A DNA stretch of 64,000 bases. Source: Gemmatimonadota bacterium. Lineage in GTDB: Bacteria > Gemmatimonadota > Gemmatimonadetes > Gemmatimonadales > Gemmatimonadaceae. The position numbers and the translations under genes are program-made. Below the pieces are notes generated by a model. That model saw only the letters and a program-made list of their open reading frames with translations. It made no database searches and was not told where the DNA came from. Shown here in pieces: positions 57,281 to 64,000 of this stretch (the first letter of the stretch is position 1; each line of letters begins with the position of its first letter). The DNA lies in NCBI GenBank assembly GCA_040389905.1, contig JAZJZK010000005.1, positions 1 to 64,000 of the forward strand. The letters are read 5' to 3'.

Positions 57281-58146
57281 TGTGCCGGCCAGGTTCTGGG
57301 ATCGATCAAGCGCACGTCGTTGGCCGTGAGCCCTGTGGGTAGTGCCGCCGGTGGGTCATTGGCCGCGTGCACCAACTCGTCGAGCTCGCGGACGCTCGAA
57401 ACACCGATGATCACGTTATGCACGTTCGGCTGTGCGAGCGCAAAACCCAGGGCTGCTCGCGCTGCCGACGAGCGGTGGTGCGCGAGCCACTCGTCCCACT
57501 GCCACCAGTGCGTCGCAAAACCATCGCAGAACGACGGGCGGGAGGTCGGTGACGCAAGCAGGAGTCCTTGTAGGAATACCGATCGAACATCGACGGTCAC
57601 TGACCCTAGGGCGAGGCGATCGATCATCCCGGAGTCGCGAAAGCGCGTATCGAATACGTTGAACGGAAGCTGCACCATGTCGAGATCGAACCTCGGCCAG
57701 AGCGCAGAGAGTTGTGCCGGCGCGTAGACCGAAACGCCGATGCGATGCGTGAGTCCCATCGACTTGACCCGCACGACGGCGCGGTGCAATGCAGTCCCAC
57801 CGGATTCGAGCAGGTCGTCGGGTTGATGGAGCAGGAGCCCATCGAGCCGATCCACGCGCAGGCGCATGAGAGACGCGTTGAGCGCTCGCTCCACGTATCC
57901 TTCAATATCGGTGCAATCTCGGGGCGGAGCGGCGAGCTTGGTGACGACGCGCCACGACGCCACACCGGCGCGACCGAGCAACGTTTCCGCATCGCCGTAC
58001 GCCGGGGCCGTGTCGAGCGTATCGATCCCATGCTCGGCCGCCTGTGCGAGGATGGCCTGAACGGTGTCCGCCGAGAGCCGGCCGGCGCGGTTGGTGACGC
58101 CGTACGGACCGCCGAATTGCGCCGTGCCAAGTGCCAACCGCGTCAC
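57277..58146 (-). CDS. aldo/keto reductase
   Basis: LGTAQFG..YG, DTAPAYG, IGVSVY and RSVFLQGLLL motifs. Confidence 0.88.
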   Translation of the reverse strand: MTRLALGTAQFGGPYGVTNRAGRLSADTVQAILAQAAEHGIDTLDTAPAYGDAETLLGRAGVASWRVVTKLAAPPRDCTDIEGYVERALNASLMRLRVDRLDGLLLHQPDDLLESGGTALHRAVVRVKSMGLTHRIGVSVYAPAQLSALWPRFDLDMVQLPFNVFDTRFRDSGMIDRLALGSVTVDVRSVFLQGLLLASPTSRPSFCDGFATHWWQWDEWLAHHRSSAARAALGFALAQPNVHNVIIGVSSVRELDELVHAANDPPAALPTGLTANDVRLIDPRTWPAQ

Positions 58147-58164
58147 CGCCGCCCCAGCGTGACG

Positions 58165-58824
58165 CTATTCCGGTCCGAGCCGATCATCGTGCGTTCGCTT
58201 GTGGAACACCCAGGTTGCGACCCACTCATTTGCGTCGTCGCCGGCGGGACGACCGTCTTCATTCGCGAGGTCGCGGCTCATCAGCACATAGTCCGGGTGC
58301 CACGAAAACATCGCGCCGAAATCCATCTTGTGTGACGCGAGCTCGGGGCGATGGTGGTACACCCGCGTGGTCGGCGACGCGCTGTAGAAGTCGTGAATGA
58401 CGAGAATCCCCGGCATTCGAAGCACACGATCCGCCTCCGCGGCAATCCGAAACAGGTCGGCCCGGTCGCACAGGTACAGGCAAAAGCCGAAAACGACAAC
58501 GTCGAACGCTGACTCGCCGAACGGAAGCGAGTCTGCCGTGCCGCGATGGGCATCGATGCCTCGCGCGAGTGCCTCCGCGACCGCCTCCGCGGACGGGTCG
58601 ATGCCACTGCAGCGCACACCAAGTTCCCGACCGAGCCATTCGAGGCGCCTGCCTCCGCTACAACCAATCTCGAGCAGGCGTAACGGACGATCCGGTCGAA
58701 GCAGCGGGAGAAGGTTTCGGAGAATCGGGTCGTCATCCGGGAGCGTGAGTCCCTCGACCATGTTTCGGTTGCGGCGGAACCATGCATCGCCCTCTCGCTC
58801 GAGAAACGCGTCGCGCTGTGTCAC
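58165..58824 (-). CDS. class I SAM methyltransferase (nonulosonate-cluster-associated type)
   Basis: FL..EGDAWFRRN, LEIGCSGG and FGFCLYLCDR motifs. Start uncertain. Confidence 0.82.
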   Translation of the reverse strand: MTQRDAFLEREGDAWFRRNRNMVEGLTLPDDDPILRNLLPLLRPDRPLRLLEIGCSGGRRLEWLGRELGVRCSGIDPSAEAVAEALARGIDAHRGTADSLPFGESAFDVVVFGFCLYLCDRADLFRIAAEADRVLRMPGILVIHDFYSASPTTRVYHHRPELASHKMDFGAMFSWHPDYVLMSRDLANEDGRPAGDDANEWVATWVFHKRTHDDRLGPE

Positions 58825-58926
58825 GACACGCTGTTCGCGTCCATGACCCAAGCTCGCGTATCGCTCCGGAGATTCGTGTCCACTCGTCGTGCGCCTCACA
58901 ATGAGTCGGCCGTTCGTGCCGTGATT

Positions 58927-58945
58927 CCGAAAGGTAGCCGAGAAC
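58927..58945 (-). promoter_or_regulatory. repeated promoter-like motif (second copy)
   Basis: ccgaaaggtagccgagaac matches 47128-47147; upstream of the methyltransferase-AKR-spsF run. Confidence 0.55.
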
Positions 58946-58969
58946 CGGGGAAACAGCCTACGCGCACAG

Positions 58970-60343
58970 CTACGTCGCCATGCTGTGACGTGCGAGAATC
59001 TCCTCGTACCACTCCACGTATTGTCGGGTCTGTACCGTTACATCGAACCGCTCCTCGGCATCTCGGCGTGCATTGGCTCCGAGGATGTTTCGCAACGCGG
59101 AATCGGACAGCAGCTGCGTAATCGCCTGCGCCAACGAGACTTCATCACCCGGCGCGACGAGCATGCCCGTCGCACCTCGGGCGTCCAGTGTGCCATCATG
59201 TTCGCCGATCGGTCTCACGATCTCCGCGACACCACCGACGGTGCTCGCGATGACAGGGGTACCACACGCCAATGCCTCGATGATCGAAAGCGGGAGCACC
59301 TCCGCCCGCGATGCATGCACGTACACGTCGGCCGCCCGGTACAAGTCGGCCATCCGATTGACGTCCTCCTCGAATGGCAGGCGACGAATCTCCACCAGCC
59401 CTCGTTGTGACGACGGCCCGGTTTCTCCGGCGATGACGACCGTCAACGTCTGCTCGGGTGCGACGTGCAACAGGGCGCGCTCGAGCGTGGGAACATCCTT
59501 GTACGCGTTTTCTCTCCCGCCCGCGGCAGAGGTGAGGAGGAGGTGGCCATCGAGGGGCAAGCCCAGCCTCTGCCGCGCCTCCCGCCTATTCCCCGGCCGA
59601 AAGAGCGTAAGGTCGATGCCGTGAGGAATGATCCGCGTCTCCGAGACGGCCGGAAAGAACATCGATGCCTGCACGCGCGGAATTAACCATTGCGCTGGGA
59701 CCGCGACGAAGAGGCGCGAACGCCGAAACACCTCGGCCTTTCGCAGCCAGTTGAAGGCCGTTGCGTCCGCGCCAACCGGCGGCGAGGTGAAGAGATAGGG
59801 GCACTCCCCACAGCCAGTGCGCCAGCGTTCGCAGTCGAGCGGCTGGGCACAATGACCGCTCAGCAGCCAGCAATCGTGCATCGTCAACACGACAGGCTGG
59901 CGCTCCGAGAGTGCTGGCAGGGCGGTCAGGTCGAAATAGTTGCCGTGAAGGTTGTGGCAGTGGATGAGATCGGGATGGAAGACGTCGGGAAGCCGGCGCG
60001 AGCCGCTGAAGTCGAAGTCCTCGAGGCCACGGAGGTAGGCGAGCGTGCCTCTGGGGTCAGCGACTGCTCCGAGCGCGCGACGAACGAAGGGCGCGGCGCG
60101 CCTGAGGAGCGGAACGCGCTGCAGTGTGGACGGGACCCACATGCGGAACCACCGCCATGTCCGAAACCACGCACTCGTGCGGCGAGGCTCGTCGATTTCC
60201 ACGATGTGGGACTCCGACCCGAACCGAGTACCGACGGCGAGAATGGCATCCAGCCCCGCTCGGCGCTGAAAGCGCGCCAGATCGGCGGCCACGCGCCCCG
60301 CGCCACCCAACCCATCTGTGGTGGCGATATGCAGAACTCGCAA
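58970..60343 (-). CDS. GT4 glycosyltransferase (WcaC-like)
   Basis: GGAGRVA, HCHNLHG, TMHDCW..SGHC, E..PLSIIEALACGTP. Confidence 0.88.
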   Translation of the reverse strand: MRVLHIATTDGLGGAGRVAADLARFQRRAGLDAILAVGTRFGSESHIVEIDEPRRTSAWFRTWRWFRMWVPSTLQRVPLLRRAAPFVRRALGAVADPRGTLAYLRGLEDFDFSGSRRLPDVFHPDLIHCHNLHGNYFDLTALPALSERQPVVLTMHDCWLLSGHCAQPLDCERWRTGCGECPYLFTSPPVGADATAFNWLRKAEVFRRSRLFVAVPAQWLIPRVQASMFFPAVSETRIIPHGIDLTLFRPGNRREARQRLGLPLDGHLLLTSAAGGRENAYKDVPTLERALLHVAPEQTLTVVIAGETGPSSQRGLVEIRRLPFEEDVNRMADLYRAADVYVHASRAEVLPLSIIEALACGTPVIASTVGGVAEIVRPIGEHDGTLDARGATGMLVAPGDEVSLAQAITQLLSDSALRNILGANARRDAEERFDVTVQTRQYVEWYEEILARHSMAT

Positions 60344-60348
60344 TGTGC

Positions 60349-60837
60349 CTACGATGGACCTCTTTCCAGTGGTACCGCGGCTCGCTCGTTCTGCAGTTTC
60401 GCCATGTATCGCTGCGATTCCGAGATACGTTCGATTTCGATCGACATGGCGTCGACGGCTTGCTCGATGCGCTGGAGTTGCTCGGTCAACTGCGGATTCG
60501 CGATCGCGACGTCGGAACGCCGCTCGATCCGCCGTCCGAACGCGCGCGCGAGTGGCCACCCGATGATGATGACGGCGCACATGACGAAGAATCCGACCGA
60601 AATGTCCACCACCCCTGATGGGATCCCGCTGTCGAAGCCACCGCCGGGGGGCGGAACGATGACCAGCCCTCGGCCGCCCCCTCCCTGCGTACGCGCCTGT
60701 GCGGCCTCCTGCGCCGCCTCGCGCGCCGCAGCCTGCGCCTCACGAATCGACTGGCGAATCTCCTGCCGCAATTCGTCGCCCGGCCGTGGTGGAGCTGACG
60801 GCGTCTGGATGGTTGTGCCCTGGTGACGCTCGTTCAT
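60349..60837 (-). CDS. hypothetical single-TM coiled-coil protein
   Basis: PLARAFGRR followed by LQRIEQAVDAMSIEIERISESQRY. Confidence 0.75.
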   Translation of the reverse strand: MNERHQGTTIQTPSAPPRPGDELRQEIRQSIREAQAAAREAAQEAAQARTQGGGGRGLVIVPPPGGGFDSGIPSGVVDISVGFFVMCAVIIIGWPLARAFGRRIERRSDVAIANPQLTEQLQRIEQAVDAMSIEIERISESQRYMAKLQNERAAVPLERGPS

Positions 60838-61008
60838 GTGGTTCGACCTCGCTGCGAATGCCTCGCGCTGGGCGAGGCGTGCCGTCGTGATGAATGTAGA
60901 CCCTACGCTTTGGCGGCGCGAGGAGTTGCGTTCGGTGACGGGCTTCCTCGGACGCGAGCGCATCCATCATTTTGTGTTCATTCAGTTGTCCCACTTTCCA
61001 CGATCACA

Positions 61009-61998
61009 TTGACGACCTCATTCACCGTTGTCGCCGGCGGCGGCGGATTCATTGGCGGTCACCTCGTTGCGCGCCTTCGCGCGCACGGCCACCCTGTGCG
61101 TGCGATCGACATGAAGCCACTCCACGCGTGGCACCAGTCGTTTCCGGACGTGGACAATGTCGTGGCAGACCTTCAAGGCGCGGCCGCCTGCACCGACGCG
61201 GTCAGGGGTGCCCGCGTCGTCTACCAGCTCGCGGCGGACATGGGCGGCATGGGTTTCATCGAGCACAACAAGGCGTTGTGCATGCTCTCGGTGCTCACCA
61301 ACACCCATATGTTGATGGCCGCCACCGCGGCGAACGTCGAACGCTTTTTCTACTCATCGTCCGCGTGCGTGTACAACGCCGACAAGCAACGCGACGAGCA
61401 CGTGGTTGCGCTCAAGGAATCGGATGCGTATCCGGCAATGCCTGAAGATGGATACGGTTGGGAGAAACTCTTCTCCGAGCGCATGTGCCGTCACTTCCGC
61501 GAAGACTTCGGTCTCGCCACACGCGTCGCTCGGTATCACAACGTCTATGGACCGCACGGTAGTTGGGAAGGCGGGCGCGAAAAGGCGCCTGCCGCTATCT
61601 GTCGCAAGGTGATCGAGAGTATCGCCAACGGCTCGAACACCATCGAGATCTGGGGACCGGGCACGCAAACCCGGTCATTCATGTATATCGACGACTGCCT
61701 GAAGGGGACGCAGCTCATCGCCGCGAGCGATATCCTCGAGCCAGTCAATCTTGGGTCGGACGAGCTCGTGACGATCAATCAACTCGTTGACATCGTCGAG
61801 GAGATCGCCGGCGTGAAATTGACACGCAAATACGACCTCTCCGCACCGAAGGGAGTGAATGGACGCAACTCGGACAACACGAGGATCAAGGAGACGCTCC
61901 ATTGGGAGCCTTCGATTCGGCTTCGTGAGGGAATGGAGCAGACGTATCGCTGGATCTTCGACGAGTTTTCGAAGAAATACGGCAGGCCTGCGCGGTGA
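61009..61998 (+). CDS. GDP-mannose 3,5-epimerase-like NAD-dependent epimerase
   Basis: GGGGFIG, LAADMGGMGFI, YSSSACVY, YGWEKL, GGREKAPAA.CRK, GRNSDN. Confidence 0.88.
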   Translation: MTTSFTVVAGGGGFIGGHLVARLRAHGHPVRAIDMKPLHAWHQSFPDVDNVVADLQGAAACTDAVRGARVVYQLAADMGGMGFIEHNKALCMLSVLTNTHMLMAATAANVERFFYSSSACVYNADKQRDEHVVALKESDAYPAMPEDGYGWEKLFSERMCRHFREDFGLATRVARYHNVYGPHGSWEGGREKAPAAICRKVIESIANGSNTIEIWGPGTQTRSFMYIDDCLKGTQLIAASDILEPVNLGSDELVTINQLVDIVEEIAGVKLTRKYDLSAPKGVNGRNSDNTRIKETLHWEPSIRLREGMEQTYRWIFDEFSKKYGRPAR

Positions 61999-63467
61999 TC
62001 CTCGCGCCACTCGCCGTCTTCCGCTGCGACGCGTCACTGCCTGTCGGCGGCGGCCATGTCATGCGATGCCTTACGCTTGCCGACGTGCTCGCTGGGCTCG
62101 GCTGGCGTTGCGCGTTTGCCACGGCGTCTGGCTCTGTGGAGGTCGTTCCTGCGCTGGCGGCCTCTCGGCACGAGGTCGCGAGCATCGATGCAGATCATGA
62201 TTCCGCCGACATGTGCGCGATCTGGCCGGCTGCCGACCTGCTCGTCGTCGACCACTACAACCGTGACGCCGAGTTCGAGCGCGGTCTGCGCGCGTGGGCC
62301 ACGCGAATTCTGGCGATCGAAGATCTGATCACCCGTCCGCATTCGTGCGACATCCTCCTCGATCAAACGTATGGCCGCACCGCCGCCGACCACGCTGAAA
62401 CGCATGCTGGTCTCTGCCTGTGCGGGTCATCGTTCGCGCTGCTCAGGCCGCAATTCCGCGCGCAGCGGACGCAGGCGCTTGCACGTCGTGATGGACGGCC
62501 GGTCTCGCGTGTGTTCGTTGCACTCGGTACCACCGATATCCGGGACGCCACCTCGGCAGTGCTCGACGCAGTCGCCAGAGCGGCCCCACACGTCAGCGTC
62601 GATGTCCTGCTTGGAGGTACAAGCCCGAATCTCGCTACAGTGCGCGAACGCATCGCGCGGATGCCCAACACCGTGACGCTGCACGCCGATGCGTCGGATG
62701 TGGCGCAGTTGATGGCTGGCGCAGACTTGGCCATTGGCACACCAGGCACGGCGAGTTGGGAGCGATGCTGCCTCGGTCTTCCGACCATCCTCGTCACCGT
62801 GGCGGACAACCAGGAAGTCATCGTCGCTCGGCTGGCCGAGGCCGGGGCGGCGCTGGACGCCGGTCGGTATGGAGATTCCTCCGTCGATCGACTCACAGCG
62901 GCACTTATCCATCTCATCAACGACGCGGACGCTCGCCGAGCGATGGCGTCGCGCGCAGCGGCAATTTGCGACGGGCGTGGCGCGCTCCGAGTCGTGCTGG
63001 GCATGCTGCCCACCGCTGTATCGCGCTCCGGTGGTGTGGTGCGGTTGCGAGCCGCGGAACCTGCAGATGAAACGTCGCTGCTGCGGTGGCAAAGCGAACC
63101 GGAAGCGCGACGCTTCTCACGCAATCCCAACATGCCAAGCCTTACGGAGCATCGGCAGTGGCTGCACCGCACGCTCGATGATCCACACCGACTGCTCATC
63201 GTGATCGAACACGCAGGGCAACCCGTGGGAAGCCTGCGCCTCGATCGGGTGCAGACGCACCCGCATCGCCATGAAGTATCGATCCTGATCGCGGCGGATC
63301 AGCGAGGGAACGGGATTGCCTCTGCGGCGCTGGATTTGGCGCGGCGATTACTGCCCGCGTCAGAACTCGTCGCGGAAGTGTTGCCTGGAAACGCCGGCTC
63401 TGTCGCGCTCTTTACACGCGCAGGATATCGCCGCGAGTCGGACACACTGTTTCGACGTCGGTCGTAA
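61995..63467 (+). CDS. pseG: PseG hydrolase fused to a PseH-like GNAT acetyltransferase
   Basis: FRCDA...GGGHVMRCLTLA, VVDHY, WERCCLGLP, VADNQ; C-terminal GNAT domain (EH..W, RG.GIA, N..S..LF..AGY). Confidence 0.88.
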   Translation: MILAPLAVFRCDASLPVGGGHVMRCLTLADVLAGLGWRCAFATASGSVEVVPALAASRHEVASIDADHDSADMCAIWPAADLLVVDHYNRDAEFERGLRAWATRILAIEDLITRPHSCDILLDQTYGRTAADHAETHAGLCLCGSSFALLRPQFRAQRTQALARRDGRPVSRVFVALGTTDIRDATSAVLDAVARAAPHVSVDVLLGGTSPNLATVRERIARMPNTVTLHADASDVAQLMAGADLAIGTPGTASWERCCLGLPTILVTVADNQEVIVARLAEAGAALDAGRYGDSSVDRLTAALIHLINDADARRAMASRAAAICDGRGALRVVLGMLPTAVSRSGGVVRLRAAEPADETSLLRWQSEPEARRFSRNPNMPSLTEHRQWLHRTLDDPHRLLIVIEHAGQPVGSLRLDRVQTHPHRHEVSILIAADQRGNGIASAALDLARRLLPASELVAEVLPGNAGSVALFTRAGYRRESDTLFRRRS

Positions 63468-63478
63468 GCCAGGAATGC

Positions 63479-64000
63479 TCAGCGCGTCGATGCCGCGCTC
63501 AGAGACTCGCCGTCGAGCACGTCGCGCACGCGGCTGAGCAGGCTGCGCGCGGTGAATGGTTTCTGGAGAAACGCGGTGCTGGGATCGAGTTCTCCGCGCC
63601 GGCTGATATCGCCATCTGTGTAGCCAGAGATGAACAGCACGCGAAGCGACGGGTCGCGCAACGACAAGGTATCGGCCAACTGCTTCCCGCCCATCTCCGG
63701 CATCACGACATCAGTCAGCAACAGATCGACCGGCCCGCCGTGCTGCGAGGCTACCGCGAGTGCATCACGGCCATTCCGCGCCTCGAGGACTGTGTAGCCA
63801 TGGCGTTCGAGGATGCGCGCCGCCAGCGCGCGCACGCCTTCCTCATCCTCCACGAGCAAGACGGTTTCCACACCGCGCGGCGCGATAATCGACTGCGTTC
63901 CAGATGCCATCGCGTCCGCGGGTTCCTCGCCCTGCGGTATGTAGACGGTGAAGGTCGTGCCCTTGCCGGGCATGCTCTCGACATCCACCGCACCCTTCAA
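63479..64000 (-). CDS. hybrid sensor histidine kinase, C-terminal part (end of HATPase plus receiver domain); 5' end outside window
   Basis: S.PGKGTTF, LLVEDE, LLLTDVVMP and FLQKPF motifs. Confidence 0.88.
   Translation of the reverse strand: MKGAVDVESMPGKGTTFTVYIPQGEEPADAMASGTQSIIAPRGVETVLLVEDEEGVRALAARILERHGYTVLEARNGRDALAVASQHGGPVDLLLTDVVMPEMGGKQLADTLSLRDPSLRVLFISGYTDGDISRRGELDPSTAFLQKPFTARSLLSRVRDVLDGESLSAASTR

Noticed and set aside
8187..63467. Site-specific shufflon explaining the strand switches
   Set aside because: No recombinase gene and no common inverted site at the junctions could be found by eye.

Overview
High-GC bacterial DNA, probably Gemmatimonadota. That assignment is inferred from the style of the hypothetical proteins at 60349-60837, 5288-6577 and 1087-3744 and is not verified. 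Positions 1-8.1 kb hold miscellaneous envelope and regulatory genes plus two copies of a G-rich/C-rich palindromic element with shared GCTGATAAC...GGATG ends. Positions ~8.2-63.5 kb are a ~55-kb surface-polysaccharide locus. Export genes: multi-SLBB OPX protein, Wzy-, Wzx- and Wzz-like proteins, and an ABC flippase. Assembly genes: a MraY-type initiating transferase and about 10 glycosyltransferases. Sugar pathways: an L-QuiNAc/L-FucNAc pathway and a dispersed pseudaminic-acid pathway (pseC, pseG-H fusion, pseI, SpsF-type CMP-synthetase; no dedicated pseB seen). Tailoring enzymes include a WbuX/HisF/HisH amidotransferase set, AsnB, a class III aminotransferase with an aldo-keto reductase, methyltransferases and deacetylases. 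The locus switches strand about 15 times, apparently with many small promoters, and periodic inverted-repeat elements lie at two convergent junctions inside it. The window ends in the 3' part of a hybrid histidine kinase. No rRNA, tRNA, CRISPR, transposase or integrase was seen. All product calls come from motif recognition by eye; no database search was run.
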